Of a DNA stretch of 15,931 nt, positions 7,213 through 15,931 are shown in pieces; the stretch's first letter is position 1, and every line of letters begins with the position of its first letter. Made by a program: the position numbers and the translations under genes. The notes beneath the pieces are model-generated. The model worked only from the letters and a program-made list of their open reading frames with translations, had not been told where the DNA came from and searched no databases. This stretch comes from Candidatus Zixiibacteriota bacterium (GTDB taxonomy: Bacteria > Zixibacteria > MSB-5A5 > GN15 > FEB-12). The stretch is taken from NCBI GenBank assembly GCA_041742355.1, contig JBGSIV010000144.1, forward strand, positions 1-15,931. Reading direction: 5' to 3'.

Positions 7213-7701
7213 ATGAAAGATATCACCGGCACCGTGATCGTCGCCGGCGACGACATCACCACCGAAATGATTTGCCCTGCCAAACACCGCGCGGGGAAAC
7301 GCACCGAGATCGCCAAACACCTGCTTAAGGATCTGCCTGAATTCTCCGGCAAGAAACTGCCCGATAGCGCCATCATCGTGGCCGGCGACCGCTTCGGCCT
7401 CGGCGATGACGCCGAGAACACCGCCCGCGCCCTCCTGGCCGGCGGCGTGCGCTGCATCATCGCCCGATCCTTCCCGCGCGAGTTCTTCCGTCTCGCCATC
7501 AACGCCGGACTCCCGCTCATCACCGCCGACCTCGGCGGCCACTTCGATGGCGGCGAGCAGATCTGCGTCAACCTGCGCCGGGGGGTCATTATCATCGACG
7601 GGGGCGAGATCGAGGTCGGCAAATACTCCGAGCGCGTCGCCCGCATAGTTGAAAGCGGAGGGCTGATCAACGCCGTGCGCAAAGAGTTGGGGAAAGAGTA
7701 A
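7213..7701 (+). CDS. LeuD/HacB-family small (swivel) subunit homolog, catalytic motif degenerate
   Basis: GDDITTEMICPAKH (cf. GDNIDTDxIIPAxY), IIVAGDRFGLGDDAE (cf. IVAGxNFGCGSSRE) and IIARSFPREFFRLAINAGLP (cf. VIAxSFARIFFRNAINxGLP). SD GGGGA. Confidence 0.88.
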   Translation: MKDITGTVIVAGDDITTEMICPAKHRAGKRTEIAKHLLKDLPEFSGKKLPDSAIIVAGDRFGLGDDAENTARALLAGGVRCIIARSFPREFFRLAINAGLPLITADLGGHFDGGEQICVNLRRGVIIIDGGEIEVGKYSERVARIVESGGLINAVRKELGKE

Positions 7702-7716
7702 GGATTTGCGCGCAGG

Positions 7717-7744
7717 GGGAGTTCGCGTCTCGCCCACCCCGCCA
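7717..7744 (+). pseudogene. Degenerate tRNA 3' fragment (T-arm, acceptor strand and CCA; tRNA-Asp-like), probable att-site remnant
   Basis: GGGAG-TTCGCGT-CTCGC-CCACCCC-G-CCA has the 5-7-5-7-1-CCA spacing of a tRNA 3' end with discriminator G. There is one T-stem mismatch and A58 is replaced by C. No 5' half is present. It sits at the GC drop. Confidence 0.55.
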
Positions 7745-7807
7745 TTATCTTCGGTCTATAATAGCCATATTAAGTTTGTCGGTCCGTCAGATGTAAGACG
7801 GTTCACG

Positions 7808-8662
7808 TCAAAGTCTACCTTCGCCAGCGCGCCTCAGCAAAACTACACCGACCAATACGAGCATAATCCATGGTATAGCTGGGATCGAGAGTACGTTGCC
7901 CGGAATTGCATACCATGGGGAGAAATCCCACATTGGGTTCTGGGGCGACCGAAAGACCTCAATCATCTTGATTGCAACGCCCAGTACGGCAAATAGACTA
8001 ATCCCGACAAATGCGCGACTAGCGGATCGTCCGAGCCAGGAAGTTTTGCCGAGTGCAGCAGCAAACGACGCTGTCGCAAGATAAGTCAGCACCGCGCCAA
8101 AGAACAGCGCGACCAAAGACATCTCGTCCAGCATGGGGTTTGTAGAGTTCGCCTGTTGTGAAACAGCGCGCTCAATCGCACGATACTCAATTAAAGAGAT
8201 GGAAGTGAAGATGGCGTAAAGTGGGAAGGCGAATATGATCGCAGCAAAACCGAGCGTTGAGTAAAAACGTTCGCCGGCTTCGCTCAGAGCTTGTCGGAGG
8301 ACCACCAGTCCGCCCGCGATCATAAGCGCATTGATTAGGAGAATAAGATAACGCAGCTGATTCTCTGACGGGGTCGCAAGTGGTGGCGCGCTGAAGCCGG
8401 CAAGGAAGGAAAAGAGAATCCAAGGCATGATCAGCAATCCTCCAGCAACAGCGAGCTTGCGACTATCCTCCGCCTCCGCTTTGATCGCCGACACCCCAAG
8501 TTTCCACGCAGCAACACTGGCTACGATACATTGTATTAGAGCGATCGTGTAATATACAATTGGGCTGTATGTAGCACGCACGGCAAACATCACAGTTATC
8601 AAAACAAGATTGGCACATAGGATAAAGTAGCTTAGGCGACGATTGCTGTGACCTCCTGGCAT
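7808..8662 (-). CDS. Hypothetical polytopic membrane protein (~7-8 TM)
   Basis: 284-aa ORF with SD GAAGGG and many hydrophobic segments. No family recognised. Confidence 0.8.
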   Translation of the reverse strand: MPGGHSNRRLSYFILCANLVLITVMFAVRATYSPIVYYTIALIQCIVASVAAWKLGVSAIKAEAEDSRKLAVAGGLLIMPWILFSFLAGFSAPPLATPSENQLRYLILLINALMIAGGLVVLRQALSEAGERFYSTLGFAAIIFAFPLYAIFTSISLIEYRAIERAVSQQANSTNPMLDEMSLVALFFGAVLTYLATASFAAALGKTSWLGRSASRAFVGISLFAVLGVAIKMIEVFRSPQNPMWDFSPWYAIPGNVLSIPAIPWIMLVLVGVVLLRRAGEGRL

Positions 8663-8735
8663 ATGTTGTTCCCTTCAGTTGGAAGTGCGTCCGCAGAGAA
8701 ACCGGACAATGTGATACTCTAATTTAAGAGCCACT

Positions 8736-8882
8736 TTATCCTAAGGCAACAGCTATCAATGATGAGAATCCTGTGCCTGGCAATCGGTTGTTTTCCGTCG
8801 AGTTCCGCCTATTCGAGCATACTGGAACCGAATAGCGCAGTCTAAGCTCACAGGAGTCTGGGGAGAGTGAGGGCGGGGCCGC
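8736..8882. repeat. Direct repeat copy A (att-like junction)
   Basis: Core 8849-8882 CACAGGAGTCTGGGGAGAGTGAGGGCGGGGCCGC is 30/34 identical to copy B and 27/34 to copy C. Weaker similarity extends leftward. Confidence 0.85.
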
Positions 8883-9058
8883 TTTATTCACGGGTCCCCA
8901 TACTCTACGATTAATCTGTTTTCCTTCCGGCAATTTCTCTAAGTTCTTGAAAGTCTCTTAATCCTCTCTTGGGACAGGGCAGGACAAGACAACAAACCCT
9001 CAGTCAATGACGGTGGAAAGTCTTGTAAGTACAGCGTAACGGATAAGTGTGCCATAAA

Positions 9059-10441
9059 CTACTGTTGTACGTCTCTCTCTGATTCGCGCTCTTGGGCAGC
9101 TTTGATTTGCTCCCAATTGACACTCTTCTCGATCGGCTGCCCATGTTCCTCAGGGCTTCTATACGTACCTCGTTCGACGACTGGTTTATCGATTTCAACC
9201 TGTAAGCGATGCTCCCGGGCGTATGCATCGCGACGAATACCGGTCACCTGCCAGGAAACTTCCACATTTGGGCTGTCGGTTCGAATGACGAAGCGGTTGC
9301 TAGTAATCTTCGCAGCGACAATCGCTTGAGCGAACTGACCAATTACCGTGAGCTGATACCGGAAATCCATGTTCAGTGCTTCAAAATACGCCGGAAGGGT
9401 CACAACGGCCATACCTTTGGTATCCGTCACTGTGATGCCGTCGTAGATGTTCTTCATGTCGGGCGACTCGACGAAACTGTGTTGAAGGTACTTGTTTCCC
9501 GGATCAAGGGGATGGTCGATCTTAAACGCGCCTGCGTTTTTTGTCAGCGTGCCGCCGATATCAACATTACCTGCGAAATAACCAGCATAGCCAGCGCCAG
9601 TGCCGATCTTCAATCCATAAATGGCAAAAGCAGAGGCGCCTGGTCCTGAAGCGGCAGCTCCGTATACGCCATACGACGCCCCAGAACTCTTTGAACTTCT
9701 TCCTGCTGAACCATAAATACCATATTGACTTGCTGTCGAAGTTGGGTCGTTTGCAACCGAGGCATAGACCCCATACCTGAGTCCACGACCATCTCCGATT
9801 GTATCACCTACCGCGTAGTATGCACCGTAAAGAATCCCCCCCAAGCTATTATGTAGATCGGAATAATACCCAAATCGAGCAGCGGAGGTACTGTAACTTC
9901 GCGTTGCTCGGATCAGGTAAGAGCTGCTGGGGCTAATTGAATCCCCAATTCTAATACCGTTATCGTCTGCTAGCATCGTGCTATCACCAATCTTGACTAC
10001 ACCACCAGTAAAGACTGCGTCACCGGTGATCGTGCCTCCCGATGCTCCATCCACAGAATTGACTCTGAATGCATAGCCAGTAGAAACAAGCGACGTGCGT
10101 GGAAGGAGCGTCTCGTTATTGAAGTTCACTTGCAAGTAAAGTGAATCGTATTTTGCAAACAAACTGTCCGGAATCGGATTCACACCGCCCATCATGCAAT
10201 TGAACAGCCCGCCAGTAGTCGTGACATTTACTCCTTCTTCCGACCAACGTAAACTCCCGACTGTCGGGTGATCCCAAATGAGAAATTTAACTGGATACGT
10301 GCCGTCCGGCACTAAATTACCTGAGGCGTCGGTGGCCCTTCCTTGATAACTGATTACTCTTGGCACGCCGGCTGTTGCCACGACCACCAACAGCCAACAA
10401 ACGATGATTGAGAGAACGAAGATTTTGTAGTGATGTCTCAT
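9059..10441 (-). CDS. Secreted/surface protein with N-terminal VPxxISYQG domain, GxYG-rich repeats and C-terminal FKIDHPLDP domain
   Basis: ATG 10441 follows SD GGGAG. Signal peptide MRHHYKIFVLSIIVCWLLVVVATA, repeats YGVYA/YGIYG/YGVYG/AIYG/YAGYFAG, and C-terminal FKIDHPLDPGNKYLQHSFVESPDMKNIYDG. The track start at 10540 is probably too long. Confidence 0.8.
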   Translation of the reverse strand: MRHHYKIFVLSIIVCWLLVVVATAGVPRVISYQGRATDASGNLVPDGTYPVKFLIWDHPTVGSLRWSEEGVNVTTTGGLFNCMMGGVNPIPDSLFAKYDSLYLQVNFNNETLLPRTSLVSTGYAFRVNSVDGASGGTITGDAVFTGGVVKIGDSTMLADDNGIRIGDSISPSSSYLIRATRSYSTSAARFGYYSDLHNSLGGILYGAYYAVGDTIGDGRGLRYGVYASVANDPTSTASQYGIYGSAGRSSKSSGASYGVYGAAASGPGASAFAIYGLKIGTGAGYAGYFAGNVDIGGTLTKNAGAFKIDHPLDPGNKYLQHSFVESPDMKNIYDGITVTDTKGMAVVTLPAYFEALNMDFRYQLTVIGQFAQAIVAAKITSNRFVIRTDSPNVEVSWQVTGIRRDAYAREHRLQVEIDKPVVERGTYRSPEEHGQPIEKSVNWEQIKAAQERESERDVQQ

Positions 10442-10577
10442 GACGTTACTCCCGGATATATATGAATCTGTGGGCTTGATTGCGATTCGGGATCGCTTGT
10501 GATGACGACAAAATTGGCAGAATGTACGAGCGCATGACAAGAGACCTTTCCAAAGGTAAGTAGGCTCGCTGTAATGA

Positions 10578-10586
10578 AATATAACA
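10578..10586 (-). promoter_or_regulatory. Possible extended -10 promoter for the 9059-10441 gene
   Basis: Minus strand TGT-TATATT, with TTGATT 15 nt upstream of the hexamer. Confidence 0.35.
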
Positions 10587-10626
10587 AAAGGCCTCGCTAA
10601 TCAAAGGCGGATTGTTGGGGAAGGGA

Positions 10627-10794
10627 TTACTGAATGCTTAGGTTGGAAGCCTGCCCGAATGCAGTCCGAATCAACGATGACGCTCCTCGCATTTGATTGC
10701 CTTCCATCGACTTCCGCTGACTCGGGTATAGTGAAACAGGATCGGAAACTGGAACACCACAGGAGTTTGGCGAAAGTGAGGTCGGGGCCGCCAT
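10627..10794. repeat. Direct repeat copy B (att-like junction, keeps terminal CCA)
   Basis: Core 10758-10793 CACAGGAGTTTGGCGAAAGTGAGGTCGGGGCCGCCA. The minus strand is a 55-aa ORF MAAPTSLSPNSCGV...SIQ. Confidence 0.85.
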
Positions 10795-10911
10795 TTCTTG
10801 CTCACTGAAAGGGTCTTCTTATTGGCTTCAGCTCAACCAAGACGATATATACCATTTTGGGGGAACGATTCAGAACATTGCGTGTCGCACTGAATCGAAT
10901 AGACACACTAT

Positions 10912-11817
10912 TCAAGGCCTATACTTATAAATCACAGCGGAACTGACCCAATGGGCGCTCAGACCCGCACCCGTATTTCTTAGAAAAAACAGATATTTCC
11001 CATCCCGAGTCACATTGGCTCCAACTTCATGGACGTACCGCTCATTGAGTTCTTCCATAGGTACGGCCTGAATCCAGGCGCCGGCAGCGTTCTTGAAGCT
11101 TATGTATAAATCTGCATACTTGATTTCTGATTTATTGTCTACACGGGACAGAATAAGATAACTCTCGTCAGGGGCAATGAATGGTTCATTATCGTTCGTT
11201 TCCCCGTTAATCGCAGGACCAAGAGCTTCTGGTTCGGCATATTCGCCGTCGACAAAACGGGACATATAAATGTCTCCGTCGCCGGTAGAGCTTGAACTGA
11301 AATACAAGTTTCCGTTATCAGCAACCGATACCTGCCAATGCAGACGCAGTCTATTTATTTTTTCACTCAGTTGTTGCGGCGCGCTCCAACCTTCTCCATC
11401 GCGCTCCATGAACCAGATATTTTCCTTGGGATCGGCGCCAGCACTTCTGGGTACCCTGGAATTGAAAAATAGACGTTTCCCGTCGGGTGTCAGGATGGGT
11501 GAATCGGACCAGTTAAGCTCCCTGGAAAATGCGAACTCCTTGGGAATGCTCCATACGCCATCTACTGTTGTGGAATAATGCATCCGAAAGCCGGCCATGG
11601 TTGACCAATATGCTTCCATCCCATCAGGCGTAAACACCGGACAGCCGTGTAGATCAGGTTCAATGATGCCTTGAGCAAAAACAAGCGGTTTCAAGTCTGG
11701 AGGTTTCTGCCCAAGATAGGGACCTGTCAGAACCGGGAAATCATCCTGCTGTGCGTTGACAATAGGAGTCAATATAGCGGAAACTACAATCAGAGCGCCA
11801 ATTGCAATTAATCTCAT
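10912..11817 (-). CDS. Secreted PD40/TolB-like beta-propeller protein
   Basis: Signal peptide, GPYLGQKPP, and PD40-like repeats PVFTPDG, PILTPDGKRLFFNS, PFIAPDESYLI and VTRDGKYLFF. Confidence 0.85.
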   Translation of the reverse strand: MRLIAIGALIVVSAILTPIVNAQQDDFPVLTGPYLGQKPPDLKPLVFAQGIIEPDLHGCPVFTPDGMEAYWSTMAGFRMHYSTTVDGVWSIPKEFAFSRELNWSDSPILTPDGKRLFFNSRVPRSAGADPKENIWFMERDGEGWSAPQQLSEKINRLRLHWQVSVADNGNLYFSSSSTGDGDIYMSRFVDGEYAEPEALGPAINGETNDNEPFIAPDESYLILSRVDNKSEIKYADLYISFKNAAGAWIQAVPMEELNERYVHEVGANVTRDGKYLFFLRNTGAGLSAHWVSSAVIYKYRP

Positions 11818-11877
11818 TGTTCGGTAACCTCGATTCTGTTCAATTATCTCCTACTACGTTAAAGAGAACGAGACGTT

Positions 11878-11986
11878 TCATTTCAGTTTATTAGCTTCCG
11901 ACGTGTTCCGGCTGGCGAGGAATAGCTCGATTTGACTTGAAATCTGAACTCCATAAAAGTTTGTGGAGAGTGATGTCGGGGCCGCC
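11878..11986. repeat. Direct repeat copy C (att-like junction)
   Basis: Core 11952-11985 CATAAAAGTTTGTGGAGAGTGATGTCGGGGCCGC is 27/34 identical to copies A and B. Confidence 0.8.
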
Positions 11987-12327
11987 CTTGTGTCCCGTTG
12001 TCTCTGTCCTCGGATTGTGGCCACAGCAATATCCGGCACCCCGCTTCCCCCAGCGACTCTGCCTGAGGTTCTGGCCCGGATCTCTCTCAATTCCCACTGA
12101 CGACTTTTCCTCCGCAGCGTTTGGTATTGCCGGCACGCGCCGAACTCCTGCAACCTCGACAGAGCGTGAGCGTAAGCGGGAGGAAAAGAGTCTTCTTACT
12201 CATGTCCATTCTTAGTTGAACAAACAGCCTCTCCCCACGTCTATAGTGCATAGCCGCCAGTTGCACCAGTTTGCCTATAGATGAGCCAAAGAGCGTAACA
12301 GGAGTTTCATCATCGAGGGTATTGCTA

Positions 12328-14064
12328 ATGAAGGACTATTGTGGTCGGGTGGCGATGCGGAGCGCACTGGCATTACTGCTGGCTGGATCCGCCGGAACCG
12401 CTGCGGACTTGCACAGGAACACTCTCTCGGCAGTACAAACGGACTCCGTCAGCTGCCGGCATGACTTCGGGGACAATGGTTTTGTCGGCACTTCAAGCGA
12501 GTGTGAAATCTACTACGGTCTGAATGACAGTCACGGGCACAGCTGGGTTCAGGAGAACAACCAGGGCGTCGTGGGTATCACGTACTTTCAACGGTTGGAA
12601 GATGGCAGTCAGAACGGCTCGCTGATATACAGGACAATTCATCCCGATGGGACCATAGAATCTGAAACGGTCGCTGAAGGCACTCGACTGCAACGATCGG
12701 TCTTGTTGTACGATTCACTCTCCATGCCGCACATCTTTGTGGCACAATCCGGCACCGGAGATCAGATTATTGAGCACTACTACAAAGGCGATTCGGGTCT
12801 GTGGCAGAGGGAAGAGGTATTCCACTTCTTCAGCTGGGGAGGTCGATACATTTACGAGTTGTCAGCCGATCTCGGGCCTGACAATTCCTTCCACCTGCTT
12901 GTGTTGAAGACGCAATCCGATGTCGATTCCGACGACTACTGGAATGCCTGGATGAACGCATCTCTGTTTCATATCTCAAATGCACCCGGCTTCTGGCGGA
13001 CAGATTTCATTTACAGTTACAATACGGCCTACACATATGATCATTACATCAAGTGCTCATGTCGCCAGGACATCGAGGTGGATCATGATGGCTATGTGCA
13101 TGTTGTCTTCTCGCAGCAGATAGTGGCTGTCGACGATCCCTCGAGACTCCTCTACGCGACGAACAAATCCGGCTCCTGGAAAATTGAGACGGCGCTCAGC
13201 AATGATTTCGGGGCCAGGGATGATGCGGGTTGGTTTCCCTCGCTGTGTCTCGACCGGCAGGGGACACCGTATGTCGCGTGCATGTATGTCAACCGGGTAT
13301 ATACCTATTCGGCCGTCTACTGCAAGCTCTTCCTGCTGCAGAGAGTGAGCGAGGGCGTCTGGCAGCGCCAGCTCGTTGCAGAGAGTGATGACGGGTATTA
13401 TGGCAGTGACGGCAGGCGTTATACGGGTGCTTTGTCGCATCTGGTGTTCGACCGCGACAACGTTCCCCACATACTCTTCTCCGATATCGCTTCCTCGCAC
13501 CGGACATACCAGCACCTGAACGTGGGCAACATAAGACACGCGGTGTACCGGGGCGGCGCCTGGAACCTAACAACGATCTATCGACAACCGCTGCCCATTG
13601 CTTTCCAGAACGCAACCGAGATGTTCGGAGAGTGCCTCGTCGTATCCGATCTGACCGATACCATACGCGTCATCGGGCAGGAACTGAAGGTTACCGGGCC
13701 GGGGGCATATTCCGTCGGACTTGTGGAGTTCGCATGGGCCGACATTGCGACATCGGCTTCCGATGAACCTGCGGCAAACTTGCCCGACCAGTTCTGCCTG
13801 ATCCAGAACTACCCGAACCCGTTCAACCAGGGGACGGTGATCGGGTACAGCCTCCCGACTCGATCACAGGTGACAATCGAGATCTTTGACATCCTCGGCC
13901 ACCTGGTCCGGACATTGGTAAATGGATCCAGGGCAGCCGGTTCATATTGGATAGAATGGGACGGAGTCGCTGACGGCGGAGCTGGCGCGGCTACCGGCGT
14001 GTATCTGTATCGTCTCCGGGCCGGCGATGTTGAGCAGACAAAGAAGATGTTGCTGATCAAGTAG
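12328..14064 (+). CDS. Secreted protein with beta-rich repeats and C-terminal FlgD-Ig / T9SS type-A-like sorting domain
   Basis: ATG 12328 follows GAGGG (alternative start 12355). Signal-like segment RSALALLLAGSAGTA. C-terminus QNYPNPFN...IFDILGHLVRTL...WDG...GVYLYRL...KKMLLIK. Confidence 0.82.
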   Translation: MKDYCGRVAMRSALALLLAGSAGTAADLHRNTLSAVQTDSVSCRHDFGDNGFVGTSSECEIYYGLNDSHGHSWVQENNQGVVGITYFQRLEDGSQNGSLIYRTIHPDGTIESETVAEGTRLQRSVLLYDSLSMPHIFVAQSGTGDQIIEHYYKGDSGLWQREEVFHFFSWGGRYIYELSADLGPDNSFHLLVLKTQSDVDSDDYWNAWMNASLFHISNAPGFWRTDFIYSYNTAYTYDHYIKCSCRQDIEVDHDGYVHVVFSQQIVAVDDPSRLLYATNKSGSWKIETALSNDFGARDDAGWFPSLCLDRQGTPYVACMYVNRVYTYSAVYCKLFLLQRVSEGVWQRQLVAESDDGYYGSDGRRYTGALSHLVFDRDNVPHILFSDIASSHRTYQHLNVGNIRHAVYRGGAWNLTTIYRQPLPIAFQNATEMFGECLVVSDLTDTIRVIGQELKVTGPGAYSVGLVEFAWADIATSASDEPAANLPDQFCLIQNYPNPFNQGTVIGYSLPTRSQVTIEIFDILGHLVRTLVNGSRAAGSYWIEWDGVADGGAGAATGVYLYRLRAGDVEQTKKMLLIK

Positions 14065-14183
14065 TGATGTTCAGCACATGGTCCTTGAACCAGGGGTTGG
14101 GGCCGCTTGGATCCGCAGTCAGAACGCCGTTGGCGGTTGGCGATGAGCGCAGACATTGTGGCGGCAATTGGGTCCCCCCGGTC

Positions 14184-14218
14184 AAAAAAAACAGGAGGCT
14201 GACCACGTCAACCTCCTG
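14184..14218 (-). terminator. Intrinsic terminator of katG
   Basis: Minus strand CAGGAGGTTGAC-GTG-GTCAGCCTCCTG followed by T8, starting 23 nt after the katG stop. Confidence 0.9.
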
Positions 14219-14241
14219 CTGAATAGTCCTCTTCTCCTGAT

Positions 14242-15931
<1,690 letters not shown>

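Larger units (their letters stand above)
7717..11990. mobile_element. Lower-GC tandem islet / gene-cassette-like array (may extend to ~14106); no integrase in window
   Basis: It starts at a tRNA-like 3' end, and single genes are separated by three homologous direct repeats. Sampled GC counts are 26/60 (9841-9900) and 23/60 (8701-8760) versus 43/60 (6361-6420). Confidence 0.55.

Noticed and set aside
2417..7701. Calling the LeuC-like and LeuD-like genes functional leuC/leuD or simple pseudogenes
   Set aside because: The Fe-S Cys and catalytic Ser motifs are missing, so they are not canonical enzymes. Both frames are full length with no stops or frameshifts, so they are not obvious pseudogenes.
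7702..7745. A complete tRNA gene
   Set aside because: No D-arm, anticodon arm or 5' acceptor strand is present; the upstream sequence is LeuD-like coding DNA.
8849..11985. Interpreting the repeats as a CRISPR array or integron attC sites
   Set aside because: Spacers are 1.2-1.9 kb and contain genes, the repeats are diverged, and there are no RYYYAAC/GTTRRRY boxes, long palindromes, cas genes or intI in the window.
11987..12270. Short ORFs between repeat C and the FlgD-CTD gene as an integrase remnant
   Set aside because: I could not recognise recombinase motifs in the translated frames. A tblastx search would be needed to exclude a decayed fragment.

Overview
High-GC bacterial DNA. The secreted-protein families suggest an FCB-related lineage such as candidate Zixibacteria; this is inference. 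The left part (1-7701) looks host-like: the 3' end of isocitrate lyase (aceA), an alanine/serine-glyoxylate aminotransferase, crcB-DUF190, a convergent HIT hydrolase plus LeuC/aconitase-family gene, an atypical SDR, an outer-membrane beta-barrel, an orphan amino-MTase and a LeuD-like gene. Two things stand out. (1) The LeuC-like and LeuD-like proteins have both lost their Fe-S ligands or catalytic motifs, and the large subunit carries an N-terminal tandem HTH. This suggests a two-subunit aconitase-fold pseudoenzyme regulator. (2) From about 7717 a degenerate tRNA-Asp-like 3' end opens a lower-GC tract of single-gene modules. The modules are separated by three diverged direct repeats of about 110-170 bp. 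Each repeat ends in a tRNA-3'-like core (G(T/G)CGGGGCCGC) and encodes a conserved peptide on the minus strand, consistent with an integrase-less, cassette-like tandem islet array. The window ends with a FlgD/T9SS-CTD secreted protein and the 3' part of katG with its terminator.
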